A DNA stretch of 61,200 nucleotides, the filler included, from Sphacelaria rigidula (taxonomy: Eukaryota), in assembly GCA_964200075.2 (NCBI GenBank). It is 8 parts of 8 records of this genome, joined end to end, with 100 filler letters (N's around TTAATTAATTAA, not from the genome) between each part and the next. Parts side by side here need not be neighbours in the genome. Positions count along the whole stretch, not along the records: positions 45,977 to 53,538 come from CAXNAA020014325.1; positions 53,639 to 61,200 come from CAXNAA020014326.1; 6 more parts are not named here. The stretch is one strand, 5' to 3'. Below the pieces are notes generated by a model. That model saw nothing but the letters and a program-made list of their open reading frames with translations. It made no database searches and was not told the DNA's origin. The position numbers and the translations under genes were made by a program. Shown here in pieces: positions 49,441 through 60,889 of the stretch. Position 1 is the first letter of the stretch. Each line of letters opens with the position of its first letter.

Positions 49441-51916
49441 TTCTTGCGTGAGCTGTTTACCCTTTTGGTGATGACAATGTAAAAGTGTGGATTTCGAGTT
49501 GCTGTGTTTTGAATGACATATGGCTGAGTATTTACAGCTTTCACGCAAAACTGTTGGCCTGACCCGTGTTTTTCAGACTCGTATAAAAATGTGCCCCAGT
49601 GCCGCGCACGGGACTCTGTACATAGAAAATAGACAGGTGGTGCTGATTTTTGTTTGTATACACGTCAGACACCTTAGAGCTGATTTTGGTTATGTGCACA
49701 GACTTGAACAAAATTGACCCGATGCGTCCCTCACTGGACAAAACTTATCCGACTGCACCGGGGTGATATTTTTGGTGCGCGCATGACTTGTGCTGGTGGA
49801 TTCTTCTGTTGCCTTCCGCTGTTGAAATGGTTGCCGTTGGTCTTGAAATAATGAGGCGTCTAGCCCGGGGACAGGAGGAGGGGGGGGGGGGGGGGGTTCC
49901 AAAGGGTTTATAAGGGTCGGGGTTTCCGGTCGGGGGGGGCGTGTACTGGGTTGTTGCTTACCTAAACGGTTTGACCATTTACCACGCGTCCGTTTCGAGA
50001 GGGAGCACGGGGTGTCCAGCCGGGGGGTGACCGTGGCAACGAAGGGCAGTATATTGGCAACTACTAGCCAGGATCAAACACGGTGGATGAAATATAGCAA
50101 ACACACACTAACGGTTTGTCTTGACTCCGCCAACTACTTTCTTTCCTGCGTGTACTTCGGCACCCGGCACTGAATGTTACCCACGAAACAATTTTAGGGT
50201 AGGACCAAATCTTATGGGAGCCGTGCGAAGTCAAATCGCGCTCGATTCCGAACAAAAGGTAGGAGAATCACTTTAATGGGACATGATCGTGGCGATTTTG
50301 AACAAAAGTGACAACCCAAAGCCTTGAACGGGTCCTGAATGATGGCCCCAATGTTGAACACGTGACCAAAATTTAAGACTCATTCAACATCGGGCGAAGA
50401 GCGCGATATGGAAATGTCACGTTGTTCTGAACTACGACACGCTCACGCCCTCTAAGATATGCTGTAGCTGTGTCTGTACTGTGGTGTTTTGAGACCCTGC
50501 GAAGCCGGTCGGATATGCGCTGGGGACTCCCTGAGACGCTGGACAGTGTTTGTGTCAGTGGGTGAAGATGCTGTAGTCGGCACGCCGTGCGGTCTACACG
50601 CTGTCGAAAACGCCGTGCTGTGTTCGCCGTTTTGTCTGTCGTGTGTAAAGCGAACAAGGCCCTTCGTGCCAAGATCTATCATTTCTATGCTGTAATTGGT
50701 GCTGTACCGAGGTGCGTCCGAACCCTACGAAGATAATTCGATTTACCCTGGAGGTTGCCGGAGCTGCTGTGTTGCTGCTGTTTTCCTGTCCGTACAAATT
50801 GGCGTGGGACAAGGTGCTGTTGATACAACGTGGGCGATGTCACGTGATGTCTTTGCAGCCGTCGTCTTTTTTCGGGTGCTGTTGTGCAGATGCAAAACGG
50901 TCACGCCGACTACATGTATGCACAGCTTGACATTTGTTCATCTGATTTTTTTCGCTTCCTCCGCAGGGGCCTATCGGAGGGAGATTTTTTTGACACATAG
51001 CCGCCCCCACCCCTTCCCGGCGAGTAATTTTTCGAAAATTGTCATGATTTTATTCATTTTTTTTGCCGCCTATTGTTCTAGAAATACTGACAAGAACCCA
51101 AAAGTCCTGTGGGCTTTGCAAGGTTCGTATATTTTCTTCTGCTCCTTGCCCGCTCTGTCCCAATGACCTCCAGTGCCGACGGCGCCCACACGCATGAATG
51201 CACACGAGCGCACATGAGCACCAGCCGGTAGTCAAAGTAGCAACCTTATCTCACGCCTCGCCAAACTTACCCGGACTACTGGTAAGTACTCGACGCACAC
51301 GACACGGAACATGATCTCATGAATGTCATCATGGTAGATGATGAGCTTGGGAGGGGGGGCGGCGTGTCCGCCATCTCAGTGGTATCGATGCATAGGAGCT
51401 CTGTACATGGCAGCTAACCGCATCCGCCACAGCCTCGGCTATAAACTACGGAACAGCAGGGTGGGTGTACCCCCCCCCCCGTCCCCTCTCAAATGCTCAA
51501 TGTCTGACCTTGGGGCCTGCATGTCCCGAAATCGTTATGCGACAGACCCCTGGTCTCCGCTCAAAATCGCAGGGGAAAAAAATGGCGTTTCAGAATCGAC
51601 TGACATTTTTCGTTTTAGATTCTGTCCCACAAGAGTGGACTTGACACCCTTAAAAAGGTGCACAAATTGTCTCGATTGGAACGGAATGCGGTCGGAGACG
51701 ATGGCGCGCGCATGCTGGACTTGACCGCAGAGATAGGTGACCTGGGGGGAAACACTGCCGACATCGCGATTGCCTGACTTGATATGAGCGCGCGCAGAAG
51801 GGGGGAACGTATTCCGAGTGGTGTGTAGATAATTACGTTGCGTGTTGTACTCCAAAACATGCCAAACAAGGCGTGCATCAAGTCTGGTGTTGATCTGTAG
51901 CGTACGTACCGATGTT

Positions 51917-52361
51917 TAACTGCCGATCATCAAAATTAAGGATGGAGCTCTTCATTGAGGATGAGAACCCGGAAGGTTGAAATCTTCGTATCCACACCAA
52001 TTCTTTAATATATGGTTCCATTCGTTCACCTACTAGAAGCTATTGACAAGTATTACACGCCATACAACTTGTGGGTTTGATAACCGACATGTTGGGGTCC
52101 TGAGTGAAAAACCAATGTCCGGGGATTTCGACGATCCGATCGGATCACCGGAATTCCCAAATTTGTTTCTCCACCTGGGACCCCAACATTTCGTTTATCA
52201 AAGTCTAAATTCGTGGGGCGTGTAGCAGTTGTCAACAGCTACCAGTAGGTGAAGGGATTGAACCATATTCCGAAGATTTGGTGTGGATACGAAGATTTTA
52301 TTCCTGCGGGTTCGCATCCTCAATGAAAAGCTCGATCCTCAATGTCGAGGATCGGCTGTTA
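51917..52361. mobile_element. ~445-bp loopless imperfect palindrome (foldback)
   Basis: Centre GATCCGATCGGATC (52133-52146); AAATCTTCGTATCCACACCAA / TTGGTGTGGATACGAAGATTT and other paired blocks. Confidence 0.8.
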
Positions 52362-52852
52362 TTTACCCGAATGTACAAAAACTCATATCTGGGCATGTAC
52401 TTCGACACTGGGGCAAATATTGATTTGATCCATAACGATATTCTGAAGAAAGGAAGAGAAAAGGCTCCTTTATAGGCAGGGATCCAACCACCGGTGCGCG
52501 CGCTCATCGCGCTTCGGTCAAAACCAATGTCACATCACGGTGAACGTTTATGGCGGAATGTCGCTGCTACGGCGAAAAAGCGCCGCCAAAGGCAGGTCAA
52601 GGCGGGCAAAACGGAAAATTCCCATCTAGAATTACTTCGCTCGACCAGCTATGTGCGCATCTCATGGTAGTATGTGCGCGCGTTGGCTACTCTTGACATT
52701 GTAGGCTGCTATTATTGTCGTACCCTTGCGTCGAAATGGGACAAATCAGTGACCCAGGTTTTTACACACTAGAGAAAAAAACGTGAGGTCATTTTTACTT
52801 GGTTTCACACGACCTGGTACAGCCCGGACGCGAGTTTGTGCTTTGCAGGCCC

Positions 52853-53073
52853 CGCTTCACCTCACGTTTGAGAGCTGGACTTTTTTAATTTGGCACGGAA
52901 AATTGATAGGGCATAATAATAATAATTGTCAACACTGGGACCCTGAGTTTTTCCCCCTTTTAGTCGACGGCATGAACTGAAGACTGAGAACCCGAGGTCT
53001 CGTTTTTTTATTGTACTCTAGTCATTCTCCATACCAAATTCGAAAGTCCAACTCTCAAAATTGAGGTGAGGCG
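52853..53073. repeat. Foldback related to the interior of the CGAGCTGGG family
   Basis: CACCTCA..TTTGAGAG.TGGACTTT / AAAGTCCAACTCTCAAA..TGAGGTG; contains CCATACCAAATT as in 36459-36731. Confidence 0.55.
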
Positions 53074-53115
53074 AGGGATGTAGAATTCCCGAATCGGTCG
53101 ATGCATCATGCCGGC

Positions 53116-53538
53116 TGTGACGGTTTTAGAGACAACCAACTAGACTACTGACCAATCAGCGCTGACTGGTCAGTAGTCGAGTTGGTTATCTCTTACACCG
53201 TCACAAAAGTTAATCGCGCTGGTTCGATCCCCTTCGGACGCACTTTCTTTGAAGAGAAAAAGAGGAGATAAAACCTCTGATGAAAAATTGGACCCGAGGA
53301 GAGAAAACTTCTGTAAAAAATTGGTCCAGAAGAAAAAGGGTGGGGTATAGCCAGGTGGCTATGTTTGGAGTGTACTGCTAAGGACCCCGGTGCACACACT
53401 CTTGAGGGAGTGGGGGAGACAAGGAACTCTAGGGTATGGTGATAGAGCGCTGGTAAGGGGAGTCGCCCTCCTCGGAATGAAAGGGATGGGGATCGAACCC
53501 CCACGACTAGCTTTTGTGACGGTTTAAGAGACAACCAA
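53116..53538. mobile_element. Three tRNA-like SINE heads, two fused back-to-back as a 90-bp palindrome
   Basis: Palindrome 53116-53205 centred on AGCGCT; A-box TAGTCGAGTTGG and B-box GGTTCGATCCC on +; third inverted copy at 53488-53538. Confidence 0.6.
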
Positions 53539-55139
53539 NNNNNNNNNNNNNNNNNNNNNNNNNNNNNNNNNNNNNNNNNNNNTTAATTAATTAANNNNNN
53601 NNNNNNNNNNNNNNNNNNNNNNNNNNNNNNNNNNNNNNGCCACAGCTTTTACACTGCCTCATGGGTGTCTCACCATCATTGGGGGGGGGGGGTACTCATG
53701 ATAAAGGGGTCATTCGGGGTGGGAAGGTAGATTGCTCCACGTTCAATGCGCGAGTTCGGGAAGGAGATACAATTTCACTGCGAAGATACCATTCGGCGTG
53801 TAGCAGATGGTCATGTTCTGCTGGAGCAAACTACACATGCTATTATCGCTTTGCGCGCGGCAGGATTTGAAACGTACCAGGGTGTAACGAATGCGATGAA
53901 CGTCACGTCGTGGTCTGTCAGCCAACCGTCGATGGTCTGCGATGTTAGCGCCACGACACCCACGCCGTCCCGTTGCGGCTCCTGTGGCGATAATGATACG
54001 AAAGCGTCAACACAGCATGCGTCTGACACATGAAACGAACAAAACAGTGCATTGCTCAACGGCCATGTGACTACTCCGATAGGAACTAGACACAACTATT
54101 GTGACTTCGCATGTGCCATGGATGCGACCTGCGGAAGATAACTGCTTGCAGGTGGTTAACACAGATTCCCGCAGCCTCCCTGATTCCTGACATGCGTCGA
54201 GATCCGGGCGTTTGGCTCATGCGCAGCCGAATATCTTGTATGTGACAGGACCTGCATCACTTGGCCGCAGTAGGAAATAGTAGCCAGGAACGGCCTCTCC
54301 GTCGGTAGACGCACGTACGCAGTGAGGGCGGAGTAGCTCACATCTCTCCCACACAGTTTCATAGCATCAAACCCGTTTCGGATCCACCGGCCGAAGCCAC
54401 CCCACGCACTTGCTTGACGGCAATGGACTTGTTATGGGTAAACTGTAACTCATACTCCAACCAACGCGTTGAACCCGAATCTTGAATGTGCTAGAGATCG
54501 ATGTCACGACATTTCCAGATCAAGAGACCTGTGTCACGGCCGAGGTCATTCCGGCAGAGATAGCGCGAAAGAACCCAACAGAGTCCGCCCCCTTGAACTG
54601 TAGAATCCGGTCGAATACAGTGTCTGAGACAATTCTATCCTCCACCTGTGTGTGAAGGTCGAAGATATAACCTTAATTTGGTGGTGACGACAACTTCTCC
54701 AGTTCGTATCGCCCCGTCCGACGCGAAAAAACAAGACATCCGTGACAGTCGATCGAGCACAACAACACCTACGAATTGCCGGGGACGTAAAGCACAGGTT
54801 GCAAACTCACGACCTCATCTTCCGCGGAGATCCGTTGCATCGGCACTCATATTGTTTCACCTCGAAGTATGACTGGAACAATACTGCAAGGCACTCCGCC
54901 TCTGACAAACGAGTTGACGTAAAACATGGACACAGCGTCTCAAGAACAAAAAGGGTACTCATGGTGAGACATGCCATGATCACAGCGTTCGCCGGAATGC
55001 TTCCGCCGCAACAATCAATGGTGAATTTTGCGCTCGTGCCGGAACAACGGCATCGATACTGGCCCGTGTGTTTCATGTGGCATGCGAGGTCGGGAACAGC
55101 TGGACCGTGACAAACCAATACAACAGTTACACGTGGACA

Positions 55140-55580
55140 CACCCTGGGCAAAACAATACGTAATATATGTATATTGCCTGCTCAATATGTCGACGCGTCG
55201 GGTGGTCAACATATATTGGGCGAGCAATATGATGGCACGCCCATATGTATTGTGCCGTCGATATGTCAAGTCTCGCGACATGCAACATATATCGACCGAG
55301 CAATATATCACGACACGCGCCACCTCAATATATATTGGCCGCGTAATATGTTGGTGCGGTAAGGTACTAATAAGTATTTGTCGAGTAATATATTGACTGC
55401 CACACGAGGTCAATATCCTTTTAGATTATTCAATATACTCAACACCCGAAGCGCCAATATATATTGCCGCCCCAATATGTCATGAGTCAATGTGTCCAAT
55501 ATATATTGGGTGAACAATATACGAGGGAACCGACCGTCACAATACATATTGGTGTAGCAATATATATATATATTGACTTT
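55140..55580. repeat. Array of CAATATATATTG-type motifs with irregular spacers
   Basis: Perfect copies at 55326, 55455 and 55497; variants at 55540, 55558 and many half-sites. Confidence 0.6.
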
Positions 55581-55853
55581 CAACACGTAGATTGGAAAGT
55601 GTATTGGAATTAGTATGGTGGGCAGTTTTTGTTCGCGGGCACCATTGAAAGATGTATCACCACATGCCGAAAACGCTCAGTATATCCCTCTGCGAGCGTG
55701 TTCAATATATATATACACAGGGGGTTCGGCGGCTTCCGCCGCCACGCTCAATGAGATCGACAGCCAAGGTGCATGAGAACCGGTCATCATTGCTCGTATT
55801 GCTTAACGGCATAGGTCATAGTTTTAAGTGGAATATTTTTCGCTGTGTGTGTA

Positions 55854-56908
55854 CGAGCTGGGCCAGCCTAGAAACGGAATTAGGCTCTCAAAGCAATATC
55901 CCATCGACTAAAATTCATGTGAAACCCCAATCGATGCAATCAGCGGATGGCAACGGTTTTCAGTCTGGATATTCATTCCCTGGAGCACTGGGAGACGATA
56001 GATACCCTTACGTTCACCGATTTCGTAATCTATCTCGAGATATGGCGCACATAAGCCTCCATAGTAGAATCGATATACTACGAGCAGAGGCACTAGATGA
56101 TGCTATAAATCTGGATATCGCGTCTCAGTTTTCGAGAGTTGAGAGTTGTGCTATGAAATTTCATATCGAGAGCTGCTAGTGCATAATGAAGCTAGAAAAA
56201 CAGCTCCTTCATTTATTTGTTTCTTCATTTATTTCGGGGTTTCAGGCCTGTTTTGAGGAGAAATGAACATTGCTCTCCGGCCGTATCTCAATTTTTTAGC
56301 TCAATTTCTAAAAGTGTGATTTGAAACTTAGCATGAAGGACCGCAGAGGTATGCTAAATGAATAAAATGGGCCTTCGTTTTTTTTGGAGGGGAGAGGTTC
56401 AGACGTTCTCGTAAAAAGATGGTCGTTCCCACACTAAAACGCCCGACTAAACCAGTGAAAAATAAAGAAATACCAACCTGACCCATTTTGTTGGTTATCA
56501 TCCCCTAGCGAGGTCCCACACGACGCTTCAATACACAAGCACCAAACGTGGGGCGGTAAGTGGCCTGCAAAATACTGTTCCGAATTTCCACCGATCACTA
56601 TACTAAATCGCTGATTCGCCGACAAACATTTTGAGTTGGCCCCTGAAATTTGATATCGACAATGCACAGGACACATGAAAAAAATTACGCATGTATCCTA
56701 AGATTTTTTCTTCTAATGAATTACGGGCAATAATCAGTTTTCAGGTAACAGTAAAATGCCCTCAACTCAAGAAAAAAAAAAGGGTACATCGTATTTTGTT
56801 CTACTGTGCCCTAATCATTTCGATACCAAATTTCAGGATCGAACTCAAAATAGTGGCCGACGAATCGGCGTGCAAACTACAAATCCGCCTTTAGGCTGGC
56901 CCAGCTCG
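55854..56908. mobile_element. CGAGCTGGGCCAGCC-TIR element (~1.05 kb)
   Basis: TA-CGAGCTGGGCCAGCCTA ... TAGGCTGGCCCAGCTCG-TT; interior partly homologous to 35917-36769. Confidence 0.75.
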
Positions 56909-57262
56909 TTTGGTGACAGATGTCCCGGGAGCAGGATATGAAGAAGAGGTTTATTGATGTATAATCGTACCCGCAGGAACGGGTAAACGACAACCTCCAT
57001 CGTCGAAGAACACACACGGAGACACGCATTCACGTTCTCCACACACAGCAACGAATAGGAAACATCGTCCACCGTCGACGGACACACACCCGGGGACACT
57101 CGTACCATAAGACAAAATATTATCGCGCCGCCCGATCACCCTAGGACACAAAGACTTGTGACGTACACACGCCAGTGTTCGAACTATGAGTCCAGCACTT
57201 TTTCACCGCAAAAACGCCCGTAACCGCAGTGACTATCGACATTTTCAATTCCACATCACAAT

Positions 57263-57474
57263 AGAGGTATCTCAAACTCGGCTCCCGGTATCCCTGGTTT
57301 ATTCGCTGGCTCTGAGTTGTGTAGTATTTTTTCGAGTGAAAGTGATCGCGATCAATGGGAGAACCCGACCTGGTGGTCAAAGGGTCACATCATCTGATGA
57401 ATTGGCATCACTTTCACTTGAAAAAATAAAACAAAACAAACCAGGATACCGGGAGGCGAGTTTGAGATACCTCT
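57263..57474. mobile_element. 212-bp MITE with AAT target-site duplication (PHIS-like)
   Basis: AAT-AGAGGTATCTCAAACTCG ... CGAGTTTGAGATACCTCT-AAT. Confidence 0.8.
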
Positions 57475-57801
57475 AATAAGCAGGCAATGCCCGCAACGTG
57501 ATGGATATATATATTTGAGAAACATAACATGTAATGTATACAATCGACGAACAGCTAACAGTAGGGACCGTGGAAAGCAGTGTAAACAATTATTTTCAAG
57601 TTGAGAAACGACCCGAAAAATATGTTCGGAAAATACGTGATGAAAAGTGGCATCGGAAACTTCGCGGCTCATGATTAAAAGTGTCCCGCGTGGAGGAACG
57701 ACCCGGACTCCGCGGCTCATGATGAAAAGTGCATACGTCGGACGAGCACGAGTGTCGCTCGTGGCACTCGCACTCGTTGGGCTGCTCGTTGGCCGAAAAA
57801 T

Positions 57802-58398
57802 GAGTAGGGCAAGCACTCGAGTCATTGCTCGTTGTAGAAAAAACGACTAGGGCGAGCACTCGAGTCATTGCTCGTTGTGGAAATAGATGAATAGGGCGAC
57901 CACTCGAGTCATTGCTCGTTGTGGAAACAAATGAATAGGGCGACCACTCGAGTCATTGCTCGTTGTGGAAACAAATGAATGGGGCGACCACTCGAGTCAT
58001 TGCTCGTTGTGGAAATAAATGAATAGGGCGACCACTCGAGTCATCGCTCGTTGTGGAAACAAATGAATAGGGCGACCACTCGAGTCATTGCTCGTTGTGG
58101 AAAAAATGAATAGGGCGACCACTCGAGTAATTGCTCATTGTGGAAAAAATGAATAGGGCGAGCACTCGAGTCATCGCTCGTTGATGAAACAAATGAATAG
58201 GGCGACCACTCGAGTCATTGCTCGTTGTGCAAAAAAGAATAGGGCGAGCACTCGAGTCATTGCTCGGTCTGAAAAACAATAATAGGGCGAGGACTCGAGT
58301 CATTGCTCGGTCTGAAAAACAATAATAGGGCGAGCACTCGAGTCATTGCTCGATGTGAAAACAAATGAAAAGGGCGAGCACTCGAGTCATCGCTCGTG
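57802..58398. repeat. Tandem array, 14 copies of a 42-44-bp unit, upstream of hAT transposase
   Basis: CTCGAG at 57816, 57859, 57903, 57947, 57991, 58035, 58079, 58122, 58165, 58209, 58251, 58294, 58337 and 58381; unit AATAGGGCGA(C/G)CACTCGAGTCATTGCTCGTTGTGGAAACAAATG. Confidence 0.97.
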
Positions 58399-58650
58399 AT
58401 GCACGACTTCAGTGGAGGAGTCAGTAATTCGACGAGCAAATAATTCTTCCACGATCTTGAACCTAGAATCTTCAAGTTCACATGCACATCTGCACATGTA
58501 CAATGGTCAAGCTCCAAAGCCCGTTCTCATTTTATCTACCCCCACTAACCCTACCCTCCCTCCCCCCCCACACACAACTCAAAGTTCACGTGAAGCGGCG
58601 TCGAGTACCTGTCGAGAAGACTAGTACATTTACGTTCACATAAAACGCAG

Positions 58651-59045
58651 TGCCGTTTGGTGCCAGACGAGGTGAAGGCGGCACTTTGTCCGGACGATGT
58701 GCCTGAGGATTTGTGGCAATGTGTCCAGGCGTTTGAGCCCCTACACGGGTACCGCAAGGTAGATATACCTCCCGGGGCATCATCGCTGATTTGGTTTGCG
58801 GGGGTCAAGGTCATTCACGAGCAGTCAAAACAGGCGGCGTGGATCTGCCTCGCCACTGCCGAGTGCGAGAAGGCGGTGGAATTGAGGGCTTGGACTGGGG
58901 CCAACACCAACTGGGGCAGGCATCTCGCTGGTACGCACGAGCTGCAGTCAACCAGGGGACAACAAATCAAGGCAACGAAGGCAGAGGCCTGCGATAGGCT
59001 TGAAGCCGCCACGAAGTCCAACTTTTTCAAGATGGGAGCACATAG
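58651..59045 (+). pseudogene. hAT transposase exon with BED-type zinc finger
   Basis: AAACGCAG acceptor; WICLATAEC..TNWGRHLAGTH; AG|GTATTT donor joins in phase to 59984. Confidence 0.7.
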
Positions 59046-59316
59046 GTATTTTCATATGAAATGCAGTTGTACTGCTTTGTGATTCAACCAAAAATACTGG
59101 CTGTTGTTGATGGGTTGGGCTTCCTGTGTGACCCCGCGGCTGGTGTGGCCACATAAACCGAAAGGTGTAGACCGGCGTCCAGAACAGATGAGACGACAAC
59201 ACACATACTGAATTATTCATAAGTTTGTGTGGGCATGTGTGAAATTACAAGCAAAAGCGCAGAAGTCGTGCTGTGTTTGTGTTAACTATTGTACTGCTAG
59301 TGTACGTTTGTAGTGC

Positions 59317-59884
59317 CATGTGTGTGTTTGGGATGCGGGACCTCCGAGAACGTGCTGTACTACCGTTGCGTGAGTACCACCAAACACGTTACGCTGCAGT
59401 CGTGCTGTCTGTATGTCGCATCATTTCTCATTTGACAAACTGTGTTTGAAATATGCCGTCGACCAGGAAGTACCATTGTACTGTATATTATTCTTACACT
59501 ACCCGACAACACTACTGTGGTGTGCATGTGCACAGATTTCAAATAAAAAATTCAACATTCGTAATTCAAAATTTACGAATCTGTTTGTACACGAGCACGA
59601 AGCATATAATAAATGGTATCGAGGAGAACCATGTGTGCCATGCACTGTACTGCACTGTCCTGTGCTGGCCACGAGGCCATGGGGTGATGGCAATTTTGCA
59701 CCGTACACACAACATGTGTGTGTTCGGGATGCGGCACCTCCGATAACGTGCTGTACTACCGTTGCGTGAGTACCACCAAACATGTTACGCTACAGTTGTG
59801 CTGTCTGTATGTCGCATCATTTCTCATTTGACAAACTGTGTTTGAAATATGCCGCCGACCCGGGGGTATCACTGTACTGTATAT
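59317..59884. repeat. ~172-bp direct duplication (396-bp period) in hAT intron
   Basis: 59317-59488 vs 59713-59884, nearly identical. Confidence 0.9.
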
Positions 59885-59983
59885 CATCACCATTTTGAGT
59901 ATCACCTTTTCCCGTTTATTCTCGAATATGACATGAACGATTCCTCTCCCAATTACATATCTCTGTGTCGGACGTGACGGCAG

Positions 59984-60335
59984 ATACAGGCACGTGATGC
60001 AAGCACGCGCTCTGGTGAAGAGGTTCCTGCCGTTCACCTATGTCGAGGACCAGGATGTGTGACACTACCACGCAGCGATGATGATGGACCCTGAAGGCAG
60101 GTCGGAACCGACGCCGCATCTTCGTGCGAAAGGGGTGAAACATGTACTCCTCGAGACGTGCTCGGCGACGAAGGCGGACGAGACGGGAAGGCTGCGAAAC
60201 CCCGCGGACAAGGCGTGCCTGCCATGTGTTCACCTCAACGTGGACAAATGGGACGACGAGGGATCAGGGAGAGCTTATTTGGGCGTGGGGGTGTTCTGGG
60301 TCGAGGAATGGAGCCTCCGCAGCTCCAACCTCGCG
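59984..60335 (+). pseudogene. hAT transposase exon (first catalytic Asp) with premature stop
   Basis: FLPFTYVED, TGA at 60060-60062, HLNVDKW..GRAYLGVGVFWVEEWSLRSSNLA; GTAAGC donor. Confidence 0.82.
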
Positions 60336-60889
60336 GTAAGCGTAGCAAGACGGAAGTATGAGTAGTGAGAGCAATGTGCCTGGTCTTGTTTGCATTATGT
60401 AGCATGTCGCTTCGCTTTAATCATGCTTCATACTCCCCTCGGCGACGAAAGAGGGGGGAAAAAATACACGCCGCCTTGCCAATGAAAATTGTGAAACAAT
60501 CGAGAGAGGACCACCAAATATTGTACATACTAGTCCTCCCAAGGGTGCCCAAAACAATCTCAGACTCCATGCTCCCCCAACATCCCACCCCCCACCCGCC
60601 GGCGAACGCAGGATTTTTATTCCTTCGTATTGAGACACACTCAATAAATAGCCCTTCTGGAGCAACTTGGGCGAGGTAGCGCCTGTGATTGTTGGCCCTC
60701 TCTGCCACCATAAGATGCGACGTACAGTGGACGGAAATTGGCGGTGCAGATAGATGCGTTTAGCTTGATTTAGCAACTATTTATGCAAGTTAGCTAATTA
60801 TGTAAGTCAATAAATTAATGACTGCAATAACTGGCGACTGAACCGCGATCACGTCATCGGCATGCCCACAATTCGTACCTCTGCCACAG

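Noticed and set aside
57802-58398. CRISPR array
   Set aside because: The inter-repeat segments are near-identical A-rich linkers, not unique spacers; there are no cas genes and the context is a eukaryotic hAT element.
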